From Candidatus Multivoradales bacterium (GTDB taxonomy: Bacteria > Acidobacteriota > Thermoanaerobaculia > Multivoradales > J023): 64,000 nt of DNA. The DNA lies in NCBI GenBank assembly GCA_965248925.1, contig CBDFLE010000005.1, forward strand, positions 672,001-736,000, read 5' to 3'. Shown here piece after piece: positions 28,511 to 38,116 of the stretch. A program made the position numbers and the translations under genes. The notes beneath the pieces were generated by a model. It did no database searches. It was given only the letters and a program-made list of their open reading frames with translations, and was not told where the DNA came from. Numbering within the stretch: the first letter of the stretch is position 1; each line of letters starts with the position of its first letter.

Positions 28511-29451
28511 CCAATCCTCCTTTCAAGGAGGCTGGAATACCCCAATTGTGAGGAGCGCGCTACCGTCGAACTCCGCCGTGGCCAGGATTCCGATCCAATC
28601 TGACCACCCATTCCGATCGACCCGGAAAAGTGGTCACTTTCGATCGGAATCGATGGTCAGATTCCGTTGGAATCACTGGTCACTTTCAATCGGAATCGGT
28701 GGTCGGTTTCCGTCGGTGCAGGCACCGGCCACCGTCGAACAGATTGCGCGATTTATGGGACACCTCAAGACCAACATAGCCAAAGAAATAGGTCGTCTCC
28801 ACGACTGGCCCGGCTCGATGTTCGACCGGCGCTACACCATGATTCCGGTCAGCGACGAAGAGGAAGCTCAGATCAAGCGCCTCGAGTACCTCCTCTCTCA
28901 AGGCTGCAAAGAAGGGCTCGTGACGTCACCCCTCGAGTGGCCGGGAGCCCACTGCGCAGGAGCGCTCCTGACGGGCTATCCGCTGAGGGGAATCTGGATC
29001 GACCGCACTCGGCAATGGGCGGCGAGCCAGCGCGAGGCCGACACCGGGGAATCCGACTTCGTAACCGACGTCGAGCTAAAGCTCGACAACCTGCCATGTT
29101 GGAAGCATCTTGCGCTAGAAGCCCAGCAGCAACACATCTTGGAGCTCATCGAGAAGATCGAGAGAGATACTGCAAGACTCCATCAAGACCGAGGAACCGA
29201 GCCCCTCGGCGCATTCCTCGTCGGCCAGCAGCAGACACATCGACGCCCCGGCCAGCAACCGACAAACCCACCCCCCTTCTTTCACGTCTATCGGAAGAAA
29301 GTCCGGCACGCGATGCGCTTGGCCTTGGGCGAATTCCTCACTGCATACCGTACGGCCGCAGAGAAACTTCGAAGCCGTGGAGCACCTAGCGGATTTCCTG
29401 AAAACTCCTTCCCGCCAAGACCAAAATTCGTTGACACCAACACCCCTTCTG

Positions 29452-29513
29452 ACTCTTCATAATGTGCCTGGCACCTATTTCTACTCTTCATAATGTGCCT
29501 GGCACCTATTTCT
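29452..29513 (+). repeat. 31-bp tandem duplication of the RAYT end and hairpin (copy 2)
   Basis: ACTCTTCATAATGTGCCTGGCACCTATTTCT at 29452-29482 and again at 29483-29513. Confidence 0.92.
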
Positions 29514-29516
29514 GGC

Positions 29517-29570
29517 CGGCGGCTTCTCGACAGGTTTCGGGCACTGGAGGGCTTCGAGGCAGAGGATCTG
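29517..29570 (+). pseudogene. Short fragment of an RstR-like XRE repressor C-terminus
   Basis: 'RRLLDRFRALEGFEAED'; 27 bp (29533-29559) identical to 38117-38143. Confidence 0.55.
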
Positions 29571-29653
29571 CCTGCGCTATCTACTTCCCAAGCACACGTA
29601 AGCCGGACCGAAGCTGGGCTGCTACGAAACGCCTGGCACCCGGTAGGCGGACC

Positions 29654-29773
29654 AACGATGTCGACTCAGTTGTGCCGCGTGGTCTGCACCAGCTTGCCGG
29701 CACCGACGTTCTGGCGACCGTAGCGAAACTCCCTCTGCCGCTGTTGAGTGCCCCCGTTGTGCTCGGCGACCCG
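29654..29773 (-). pseudogene. Degenerate Rhs core fragment
   Basis: 'RVAEHNGGTQQRQREFRYGRQNVG----AGKLVQTTRHN*VDIV' aligns to Rhs 'RVDE.NGGSPRKLKEFRYGR.N.G.DKRAGKLVQTTRHNWVDLV'. Confidence 0.8.
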
Positions 29774-29825
29774 CCACCAGAGAACATAAGGTGCTCTGGC
29801 AGTCTTGCGGTCGGAAGAAACCGTG

Positions 29826-30320
29826 TTATGACTCTGTCTTGAGCCAGCTCTTCTCTTCGTCAGCAAGTTGTCCGACATTCAGGGCCGACCGGTGTACTCG
29901 CCGTAGTGACGCGGCAGCTTCATCAACAGACTCTTCTTCAGCCACACATCGAGCAAGACCTTGCGAAGACGACGTTAGACGCTCTCGATTGAGAGAAACC
30001 GCCTTTTTAAAATAGAACATACCCTTTTTGGAATCGTCTTCGACAGAATGGTAAAACCATCCTAACTCCTCCAATACCAGAGAGTTACTCGGTTCGAATT
30101 CAAGAGCCTTGTGGAGCAGGGCCTTTGCGCACTCAAGAGAGAAGCGACTATTCTCAGACCCAAGCTGTATCGCTCTACTAAAGGATAAAAGGTCGATAGC
30201 CTGCAAGCAATGCGCCTTGTCGGCGACTGACAATATCTCTGCCGCGTCATCAAAGCAGCCTTCCAACATGAGCTTCGAAACTTCCTGCCTTTGGCATTCC
30301 CCAAATGTGCGTACACTCAT
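29826..30320 (-). CDS. Putative TPR-like immunity protein for Rhs2
   Basis: Starts 5 bp after the Rhs2 stop; 'AKALLHKALEFEPSNSLVLEELGWFYH...KGMFYFKKAVSLN' is TPR-like; AT-richer. Confidence 0.72.
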   Translation of the reverse strand: MSVRTFGECQRQEVSKLMLEGCFDDAAEILSVADKAHCLQAIDLLSFSRAIQLGSENSRFSLECAKALLHKALEFEPSNSLVLEELGWFYHSVEDDSKKGMFYFKKAVSLNRERLTSSSQGLARCVAEEESVDEAAASLRRVHRSALNVGQLADEEKSWLKTES

Positions 30321-30324
30321 TGGT

Positions 30325-33300
30325 TCACCCTTGCCCACCAGTTCCTTGGTTTCTGAGTTTGTCAATCAGTCGTCTTGAGTTGTCGGCCAGTTTCTTCATT
30401 TGCTTTGCAGCGTGCGCCGCGGGGCCCTTTCCGCGAGACATCTTGGAGATCGTATTGTAGGTCTCATTCGCCAAGTTTGAGTGGTACGATTTGGATCGCT
30501 TGAGCTTTCCGCTGATCAGATCTCCGATTTTTCGATTGCCAAACCCACCGGGGCCTACGGGCATCATGCCTATTTTGCAAACTCCGGCATCGACACAATC
30601 CATGAAGTTTCCGCCCTGTGGTAATCTAAAGGATTCCAGGATCAACGCCGTAAAACTTTTCTTTGTTCCCTCTGAGGAGGTCCCTGCCGTGACTTGTAAA
30701 TCGCGATCTGAAGGAATGGATGTGGAATCCGTCGAACTCTCTTGTGAAAACTCACTGATCACATCGATAGATGATGAAAAACAGAGCCCTAGCAAACAAG
30801 GGTCAATAATAAATGCAAATCCGTCAAGCGGTGTTGCCCCAGAAGGATCATTGAAGAGAAGGGGACGATTGTTAACATAAGAAACACGATTCCACGAGCG
30901 GGATTGCGGGATGGGAGTACCGTCGGTAGCCGGATCTACACTCAAGAACCGCCCCACCACCGGACTGCAATGCCGAGCATGCATGTAGTCAAGCTCACTC
31001 TTCGCCCCCACGCCGTTCTTGTCTCGCTCATGCCCGGTAAACTTCAGCTGAAACTCATCCGAGCTAGCACTGGTTGCCTCCTGCCCAAACGGATAGTAAC
31101 TGTGCTGCGCCACTTGGGTGCCATTCTTCGTCACCTGCCGTGGTGTACCGAGATGATCTAGATGAAAGCTGTAAGTCTCTTCGACACCACTGGCGTCCGG
31201 GTCTACCGAGGCTAGGAGCTGTCCACCCCGGTAGACGTAGTCCCGCTCCCACTCGAAGCTTTCGCCCCGCGGATGGGTGAAGACCCGCAGCACCTCGTTG
31301 CCGAGCCCGCGCAAGGTCCAGGTCTCGCTGGCGGGGCTGCTGACGCAGCTGCTGCCGGCGGCGCTGAAGCAGCTGAAGGTGACGATGCGCTCGTCATCAG
31401 CGTTGTAGATGTACACGCTCGCCTGATCTGTGTTGCTTTGCAGGTGTTTCATCATGTTGGCGGCGTCGTAGGTGTACTGGTAGATCTCCGAGCTACTGTA
31501 ACGCACGCGGGTCAGGTTGCCCCCAGCATCGTACACCGTGCCGCTCAAGCCGAGGCGATTGGTGCTGCTGCTCGGGCTCATGCTCTGGCTGGCGCCGTTG
31601 GTGATCATCTGGGTGAGATTGCCGAAGTTGTCATATGACGCGGTTTGCAGGCGGTCGCTACTTCCCACCTTGGCCTCGCCGCTGACCAGCCGCTGCAAAC
31701 GATCATAGCGGTAGGTCAGCGAGCCGATGCGGTGAATATTGCCCGATCCGTCGTAGTCGAAGGTGCCAGTGTCCCAGCCGGCGTTGGTGGAGATGCGCTC
31801 GGGCCGGGCGAGGCCGGAGGGATCGACCTGGCGAGTTTCGGTGATGCCGCTCTGGTGGCTGATCTGGGTCAGCATGCCGCCGCTCTGGTAGCTGAGGCTG
31901 GAGGCGAAGCCGGGCACCGCGGTGAGGAAGCCTTTGTCGTAAGCGAAGCTCACCTGCCGCGGTGGGCTGACCTGGTCGCAGCTGTCGTTGGTGTGCAGAC
32001 AGTCGGGATAGTCGAGGGTCGCGAGGTTGCCTTGCAGGTCATAGGAGAACCCACTCTGGAAGGCGTAGTGACCGACGCCGAGCTGATAGCGGGTCTGGCG
32101 CTCGGACATCCGGCCGCCACGACCCGCGTAGACGAAGCTCTCGGAGATTCGGACATCGAGGAAGCCAGGATTGGCGTTCAGCGGATTCACCAGATCCACC
32201 CAGTTGTGGCGGGTGGTCTGCACCAGCTTGCCGGCCCGCTTGTCACTGCCGATGTTCTGGCGGCCGTAGCGGAACTCCTTGAGCTTGCGCGGCGAGCCGC
32301 CGTTGTTCTCGTCGACGCGGATCAATCGGCCGGCCGGATCGTAGAGGTAGTCGAGGTCAAATACGGTGGAGCCACCGATGCGTTTGCTCAAAACGCTGCC
32401 ACGAGCATCATAGGAATAGGTCGTGGCGCCGTTGCCCACTGGGCCGACTTCGGGATGGGTCTCGGAGGTCAGGAAGCTGCGACCGTCATAGTTGAAGAAG
32501 CGTTGCTGGCCACAGGTCGATCCAGTCCGATTCTGGCAAACGTGGGTGAGCCGCGAGCCGGCGTCGTAGGCGTAGCGAGTCAGCAAGCCGCCCGCGTTGC
32601 AGCTGCCATTCCAGGCCGCCGATCTGCCTTCACAAACCTCGAACAATCGGCCCTGGCCATCGGAGATCTCGGTGTTGTAGGTGTCTTCTTGCACTCCGGA
32701 GGCGAGCATCACTTTGAACCGCCGCGTCTTGGTGCGTTCGCCCTCGTAGCTGAGGAATGTGGCCGGCTGGCTTGGTGGGGTGATCCTGCCGGGGCGGCCG
32801 AAGTTGTCGTACTGCTCGTACTTGGTGACGCGGCTGTCGGAAGTGGCGTTGAGGGTCCACACCGATTCCGCGGTCTTCCAGGCCCGTGGGTTGAAGCTCA
32901 TGTGGCGGTACCAGCGCACTCCGCCGGGCAACTGCACCTGCTCTTTGACCCTACGGCCGAGGCCGTCGAAAGTGTGCTGGCGGTAGGCCAGCAGGCCGGA
33001 GCCCGAGCAGGCGGCGGTGGTGACGCACTGCTCTTCGGTCAGCAGCGGCATCAGGTTGAAGTTGCTCTGGGTGGCCAGCCGGTAGGTGTAGCGGCGCACC
33101 GCCTCGCTCTCGGGAAACTCGTGGGTCAAGCGGCCCTGCCGGTCATAGAGGAAGTCGATCTTGACCCCGGCGCTGTCTCGGCTGCGTTTGACCAGGCCGG
33201 TGTTCTTGTCGAGATCGTAGTCGGCCAGTTTGAGTAGCACTTCGCTGGTGGCGCAAGGGTTGACCACCGTCGAGTTTCTCAGCACGCCGTACTGGTAGCC

Positions 33301-35352
33301 GTAGTTGGTGCGGTAAAGGGCGCCGGATTGGGCCGGGTTGATGCTGCCCAGGCTTGCGGTGCTGATCGCCTGGCTGTCGCCGCCGTATTGCAGCTCAGAG
33401 GCGACGAAGCCGGTGCTGCCAGCCTGCACGAAGATGCTCAGCAGGTCGTTCGACTGCCGCGAGCCACCTGCCAACACCCTGCGTTTGCGCAGGAAGCCGT
33501 TGACTAGCGCAAAGTCATACTCGGTGGATTCGGTGACGCCGTTCTCGGTCACCGATTGCGAGTTGAAGGTCTCCAGCACCCAGGGCTGGGTCTGGCCGAA
33601 CATGGCGAAATCGGTGGCCGGATCGATGGCGCCGGTGTCGCTGTTGGCGATCAGGTAGGAGCCGCGATTCTGGTTGTAGAAGGTCTCGCTCGCGCGCACG
33701 TTGCCGCTGGCGAAGTTGCCGCCGGTGGTGGTGGTGCGGAAATGGCCGAGGCCATCGAAGTCCGAGTGGGTGACCTCGCGGAACTTGTCGCCGTCGTCGT
33801 GGTAGATGACTTTGCGGTACTTCATCCGGTGGTTGCGGTCGGCGTAGGTCCCGGATGGACCGTCGTTCTCATACTCCAGGAAGATCGAGCGGCGCTTGCT
33901 GCCGCTGGCCACCGAGCCCTGGTAGATCTCCTGCGACAAGTAGGGTGGGTTGTTGTTGAAGTAGTCGTTGGTGCCCGGCGTGCAGCGGGTGAAGGGCAGG
34001 CCGAAACCCTGGCGATGGATGCCCGCGGAGTTAAACCAGTGCTTTGTGTCGTTGCCTAGCGGGTCGGTCAAGGTGAGCGTGTGGTAGCAAGAGATCTGGC
34101 CGGGGCCGAGCACTCCCTGGGGGTCGTAATCGTAAGTCCAGGTGCCGTGGGGCGAGTTTGGATAGTCGCTGTCTTTGAGATAGGTCGACTTGGTGGCCAC
34201 GCCGGTGCCGGTGTTGGCCCACTCGCGGCCCTCGGGCACATCTGGGCTTTGGGCGTGGAAATCGATCTCTTGGTACTTCCAGCCAAAGGCACCATCGGTG
34301 GGCAGGCGGAGGAACTTGATGCCGCCCGAGAGTTTCTCTCCTACATTGTCGGTGTGGTAGTAGTCCATTTGGTAGAACGAGTCGTCGGGCAAGACCAGGC
34401 GTTCGAGTAGGCGGACGCCGGAAAGGGTGTCCCCTTCGGGCACACACGAAGGCTGCGCGCCTTGGCGCTCCAGGTCGACCGGGCCGGAGTAGACTAGATC
34501 GTAGACGGCGCTTTGGTTGTTGAAGGCGGCGAGGGTGACCTTCTCCAGTCGGCCGGCGGTGAAATCGAGGGAATGACTCCTGTTGGCGGAATCGGTGACG
34601 CTCCAATCGCCGCCCGAGGCGTAGGCTATCTTGACCCAATGGCCGAAGCGGTCGAGCATCTTGGTCACCCGCCAATCGAAGCTGGTGTGGCTGATGTTAT
34701 GGAATTCATGCATCTCACCACTTGGGAATTCCACCGTCCGGCAATCCTGGTCGAGCAGATTCGACGGCGTCTCGCAGGGGCTCGATGCGAATGGGTAGTA
34801 GCGCATTCTCAGGTAGGTACTGTCGCGGGTGAACCAGGTGTTGGGCTGGGTGCCGGCGGGCGGGTAGGTGCCGCTCTGGGCCGGGTGGAGGAAATCGTGG
34901 AAGGCGTGTTGCCCGCCGTCAGGGCTCAAATAGGAAAACCCGCTGAAGGGTGGCGCGGGATTGCCGCCTTCGGAGCGCACCAACTGGCCAAGATTGACCC
35001 GCCACCCCCAGCCAGAATTCGCATCGAGATCTTGAATCGGCAAGTTGTAGGAAACCAGCATCTGGTTGGGCGGCGTGCCCTCGGTGCAGCTCTGTTGGTC
35101 GTCAAAGTCCCAGCCGCTGGAGTTGTAGGTCAGGGTGAAGCCGTAGCTCAGAGTGGGACCCACCGGGTAGCTCTGGCCGAGGGGCAGGCGGAGCGACAGA
35201 TTCCCCGAGAAGAGGTTGATCGAGTCGATGTCGCCGACTTGGAAGGCGGTGTCGGCGGTGACGCCCCGCTGGTGGCTCTGGGGCTGTTGCGCGGCGGTCG
35301 GCCCGGCGAGGGCAACGTAGAGAAGTGAGGCGATGAGAATTTTCTGTTGCAT
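30325..35352 (-). CDS. Rhs polymorphic toxin 2, basic C-terminal tip of unassigned family
   Basis: Same N-terminal core as Rhs1 and Rhs3; 'NDPSG' boundary at 30849-30838; Lys/Arg-rich tip. Confidence 0.95.
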   Translation of the reverse strand: MQQKILIASLLYVALAGPTAAQQPQSHQRGVTADTAFQVGDIDSINLFSGNLSLRLPLGQSYPVGPTLSYGFTLTYNSSGWDFDDQQSCTEGTPPNQMLVSYNLPIQDLDANSGWGWRVNLGQLVRSEGGNPAPPFSGFSYLSPDGGQHAFHDFLHPAQSGTYPPAGTQPNTWFTRDSTYLRMRYYPFASSPCETPSNLLDQDCRTVEFPSGEMHEFHNISHTSFDWRVTKMLDRFGHWVKIAYASGGDWSVTDSANRSHSLDFTAGRLEKVTLAAFNNQSAVYDLVYSGPVDLERQGAQPSCVPEGDTLSGVRLLERLVLPDDSFYQMDYYHTDNVGEKLSGGIKFLRLPTDGAFGWKYQEIDFHAQSPDVPEGREWANTGTGVATKSTYLKDSDYPNSPHGTWTYDYDPQGVLGPGQISCYHTLTLTDPLGNDTKHWFNSAGIHRQGFGLPFTRCTPGTNDYFNNNPPYLSQEIYQGSVASGSKRRSIFLEYENDGPSGTYADRNHRMKYRKVIYHDDGDKFREVTHSDFDGLGHFRTTTTGGNFASGNVRASETFYNQNRGSYLIANSDTGAIDPATDFAMFGQTQPWVLETFNSQSVTENGVTESTEYDFALVNGFLRKRRVLAGGSRQSNDLLSIFVQAGSTGFVASELQYGGDSQAISTASLGSINPAQSGALYRTNYGYQYGVLRNSTVVNPCATSEVLLKLADYDLDKNTGLVKRSRDSAGVKIDFLYDRQGRLTHEFPESEAVRRYTYRLATQSNFNLMPLLTEEQCVTTAACSGSGLLAYRQHTFDGLGRRVKEQVQLPGGVRWYRHMSFNPRAWKTAESVWTLNATSDSRVTKYEQYDNFGRPGRITPPSQPATFLSYEGERTKTRRFKVMLASGVQEDTYNTEISDGQGRLFEVCEGRSAAWNGSCNAGGLLTRYAYDAGSRLTHVCQNRTGSTCGQQRFFNYDGRSFLTSETHPEVGPVGNGATTYSYDARGSVLSKRIGGSTVFDLDYLYDPAGRLIRVDENNGGSPRKLKEFRYGRQNIGSDKRAGKLVQTTRHNWVDLVNPLNANPGFLDVRISESFVYAGRGGRMSERQTRYQLGVGHYAFQSGFSYDLQGNLATLDYPDCLHTNDSCDQVSPPRQVSFAYDKGFLTAVPGFASSLSYQSGGMLTQISHQSGITETRQVDPSGLARPERISTNAGWDTGTFDYDGSGNIHRIGSLTYRYDRLQRLVSGEAKVGSSDRLQTASYDNFGNLTQMITNGASQSMSPSSSTNRLGLSGTVYDAGGNLTRVRYSSSEIYQYTYDAANMMKHLQSNTDQASVYIYNADDERIVTFSCFSAAGSSCVSSPASETWTLRGLGNEVLRVFTHPRGESFEWERDYVYRGGQLLASVDPDASGVEETYSFHLDHLGTPRQVTKNGTQVAQHSYYPFGQEATSASSDEFQLKFTGHERDKNGVGAKSELDYMHARHCSPVVGRFLSVDPATDGTPIPQSRSWNRVSYVNNRPLLFNDPSGATPLDGFAFIIDPCLLGLCFSSSIDVISEFSQESSTDSTSIPSDRDLQVTAGTSSEGTKKSFTALILESFRLPQGGNFMDCVDAGVCKIGMMPVGPGGFGNRKIGDLISGKLKRSKSYHSNLANETYNTISKMSRGKGPAAHAAKQMKKLADNSRRLIDKLRNQGTGGQG

Positions 35353-35366
35353 AGTCTTTGACTCCT

Positions 35367-35801
35367 TCAGCAGCCGCTGCCGGGGCAGGTGCTATCCCAT
35401 TGATTGGCATTGCCAGACTCAAAGTTGTCGCCAAAGAGCACGGCGATGGACTTGACGGCGACGGTGGCCGAGGTGCTGTGGTGGGTCTCGTCTTCGATGC
35501 GGTAGGTCAGGGTGCAGTTGGCATCGATCGACGGGTTGGGGGTCAAGCGGATCAGATCGAGCACGATCTCGGTGCTCGCCGGGCAGGTGCTGGCGAGGAC
35601 GGTGACAGTCAGGGCTTCGCCGTCGGGCTCGGTGTCGTTGGCCAGGACATCAATCAGGATCGGGGCGGAGGCGGCTTCGGCGTTGTCGCCCGAGGCGATG
35701 GGGGTGCTGTTGCATTGAGCGTGGGCAGCGGTGGCGGCGACTGCGACTGCCAGTAGGCAGGCGGCGTTTAGGATCGAACATCTGGGGATTCTGTCTCTCA
35801 A
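35367..35801 (-). CDS. Small secreted Ig/cadherin-like protein (copy 2)
   Basis: Near-identical to 22207-22641. Confidence 0.8.
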   Translation of the reverse strand: MRDRIPRCSILNAACLLAVAVAATAAHAQCNSTPIASGDNAEAASAPILIDVLANDTEPDGEALTVTVLASTCPASTEIVLDLIRLTPNPSIDANCTLTYRIEDETHHSTSATVAVKSIAVLFGDNFESGNANQWDSTCPGSGC

Positions 35802-36138
35802 GGCTACCTCACTTTCTGGAAGATTCTAGATTCGTTCTCTTGCTTGGACTGGCCCTAGGCCCACCAGGTTCCCGCTCGACTTTGTTTCGTCAAACAAGCT
35901 ATGGGAAAAGATGTTAGAGACCAAACGGTTCATTTTGGCAGGCTGGAAATGAACCGTTTCCCCTCGATCCACTGAATGACAGAGATTGCACGCGAGGGAA
36001 CTCCTTGTTTTCGATATTCTGATATTGTCTACATATATCAATGGTCAAAATCGCGGCGTGCATTCGATAGCCGCACATCCAATCCCGAGGTCATTCGGCG
36101 GGCACTGCTCGCGCAACTCGCAAAAGACCAATAAGCGC

Positions 36139-36699
36139 TCACTCCACCACGGCACTCCGCCCCCGCAACAGCACCACCACCCGAGCAGCACACCTCGCGA
36201 GATCGTCTCCGACCTCCAGCGACTCAATCCAGCCGCTCAGCCGTCGGCGTGCTTTTCCTGTCGGCCGGTGCGCCTGCTGCTCCCATCCCGAAATCGTCTC
36301 TGGTGCCACGTCGATGACCGTGGCGAGAGAGCGCTGCGAAAATCCGAGCCTGCGCCGCAAAGCCATCAGCAGCTCAGCCACATTCTCGGGCTCAGGGTTT
36401 GGATCGTAGCCAAGCCAGTCCGTGAGTGCCGGCCAAAACCGGACTTCCGGGTAGCCCCTGTCATGTTCCCAATTTACTATCGAACCCAGACAGACGCCGA
36501 GCGTTCGGGCAACGTCTTTCTGCAACTGACCACGATCAAGCCGACATCTCTTGATGTGGTTACCAATCGTAACAAGTTCTCGCGGATACCCCGCAATCTT
36601 GGGGATACGTCCTCTCAACTGGACATGGCAAAAGGGGGCCGCAATCATGCAAGTGCGGGCATTTGGGGGACGATCGGCATCACTGCAAATGCTCGCCAC
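36139..36699 (-). CDS. Tandem XRE-HTH protein (copy 2)
   Basis: Identical translation to 22979-23539. Confidence 0.75.
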   Translation of the reverse strand: MASICSDADRPPNARTCMIAAPFCHVQLRGRIPKIAGYPRELVTIGNHIKRCRLDRGQLQKDVARTLGVCLGSIVNWEHDRGYPEVRFWPALTDWLGYDPNPEPENVAELLMALRRRLGFSQRSLATVIDVAPETISGWEQQAHRPTGKARRRLSGWIESLEVGDDLARCAARVVVLLRGRSAVVE

Positions 36700-37130
36700 A
36701 GATGATCGAACGCTATCGCAGTCGGGTCTCAGGGCCGCTTCTCGACCGCATCGACATGCATGTCGAGGTGCCGGCGGTGAGCCTTGCCGAGTTGCGCAGC
36801 GAAGCCACCGAAGGGACTCGGGAAGTAGCGTGGAGAGTGCGCCAGGCGAGAGAGATCCAGCGCAGTAGATTCGGCTCCCAGACGGACGTGCCGGTCAATG
36901 CCTCCCTGGGGAGCGACGGCATCGAGCAGCATTGCGTGCTAGCGCCCGATGCCCAGCGCTTGGTCGACACCGCCTTCGACAAGCTCAAGCTGTCGGCACG
37001 GGCACTCAGCCGCATCCTCAAGCTATCCCGCACCATCGCCGACCTCGACAGTTCGGCGGAGATTCGGGCAGCGCATGCCGCCGAGGCCATTCAATACCGC
37101 AGCCTGGACCAGCGATCGGAGCGAGGCTGA
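36648..37130 (+). pseudogene. comM: 3' half of comM/yifB (copy 2)
   Basis: Near-identical to 23488-23970 (one L/V change). Confidence 0.9.
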
Positions 37131-38071
37131 TGCCACGTTTACCACGCTACTTGCCGCGTCCCGGCTGCTTGGTCGAGATCACCCAGCGGACTCTGCAAGG
37201 GCGCTACCTCCTACGACCGAGCCGGCGTCTCAATCAGCTTCTAATCGGAATTCTTGCCAAAGCCCAGCAAGAAACCGAGCTCGCCGTCCATGCGATCGCC
37301 GTCCTCTCAAATCACTTCCACCTACTCGCTTCACCGGCCACCGTCGAACAGATTGCGCGATTTATGGGACACCTCAAGACCAACATAGCCAAAGAAATAG
37401 GTCGTCTCCACGACTGGCCCGGCTCGATGTTCGACCGGCGCTACACCATGATTCCGGTCAGCGACGAAGAGGAAGCTCAGATCAAGCGCCTCGAGTACCT
37501 CCTCTCTCAAGGCTGCAAAGAAGGGCTCGTGACGTCACCCCTCGAGTGGCCGGGAGCCCACTGCGCAGGAGCGCTCCTGACGGGCTATCCGCTGAGGGGA
37601 ATCTGGATCGACCGCACTCGGCAATGGGCGGCGAGCCAGCGCGAGGCCGACACCGGGGAATCCGACTTCGTAACCGACGTCGAGCTAAAGCTCGACAACC
37701 TGCCATGTTGGAAGCATCTTGCGCTAGAAGCCCAGCAGCAACACATCTTGGAGCTCATCGAGAAGATCGAGAGAGATACTGCAAGACTCCATCAAGACCG
37801 AGGAACCGAGCCCCTCGGCGCATTCCTCGTCGGCCAGCAGCAGACACATCGACGCCCCGGCCAGCAACCGACAAACCCACCCCCCTTCTTTCACGTCTAT
37901 CGGAAGAAAGTCCGGCACGCGATGCGCTTGGCCTTGGGCGAATTCCTCACTGCATACCGTACGGCCGCGGAGAAACTTCGAAGCCGTGGAGCACCTAGCG
38001 GATTTCCTGAAAACTCCTTCCCGCCAAGACCAAAATTCGTTGACACCAACACCCCTTCTGACTCTTCATAA
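37130..38071 (+). CDS. Intact REP-associated-type tyrosine (Y1 HUH) transposase, 313 aa
   Basis: 'MPRLPR...VEITQRT', HUH 'LSNHFHLL', 'FDRRY', catalytic-Tyr region 'RLEYLLSQGCKEGLV..P.EWPG'; ATG overlaps the comM stop (TGATG); no tnpB nearby. Confidence 0.88.
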   Translation: MPRLPRYLPRPGCLVEITQRTLQGRYLLRPSRRLNQLLIGILAKAQQETELAVHAIAVLSNHFHLLASPATVEQIARFMGHLKTNIAKEIGRLHDWPGSMFDRRYTMIPVSDEEEAQIKRLEYLLSQGCKEGLVTSPLEWPGAHCAGALLTGYPLRGIWIDRTRQWAASQREADTGESDFVTDVELKLDNLPCWKHLALEAQQQHILELIEKIERDTARLHQDRGTEPLGAFLVGQQQTHRRPGQQPTNPPPFFHVYRKKVRHAMRLALGEFLTAYRTAAEKLRSRGAPSGFPENSFPPRPKFVDTNTPSDSS

Positions 38072-38072
38072 T

Positions 38073-38114
38073 GTGCCTGGCACCTATTTCTCCTATTTCT
38101 GCACCTATTTCTGC
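38073..38114 (+). repeat. RAYT-end hairpin plus stuttered CCTATTTCT repeats (copy 3)
   Basis: GTGCCTGGCACCTATTTCT-CCTATTTCT-GCACCTATTTCTGC. Confidence 0.9.
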
Positions 38115-38116
38115 TG

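Larger units (their letters stand above)
24179..28724 (-). mobile_element. IS21-family element (istA-istB) with 5-bp TSD CCGGC
   Basis: Ends TGCCTATTCCGACG.../...CGTCGGTGCAGGCA, imperfect IRs with subterminal repeats; CCGGC at 24174-24178 and 28725-28729; empty site TCACCGGCCACCG seen at 37331. Confidence 0.95.
23970..29462 (+). pseudogene. RAYT/Y1 HUH transposase copy disrupted by IS21
   Basis: Near-identical to 37130-38071 but split after 'NHFHLLASPA' by the insertion 24179-28724. Confidence 0.92.

Noticed and set aside
36932-37129. N-terminal extension of the transposase to 379 aa
   Set aside because: It overlaps comM in another frame; the family-typical start MPRLPR is at 37130.
37130-38071. 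Ordinary IS200/IS605 TnpA element
   Set aside because: At 313 aa it is much longer than typical TnpA, there is no tnpB, no left-end hairpin was seen, and the start overlaps the comM stop. The motifs fit RAYT better.
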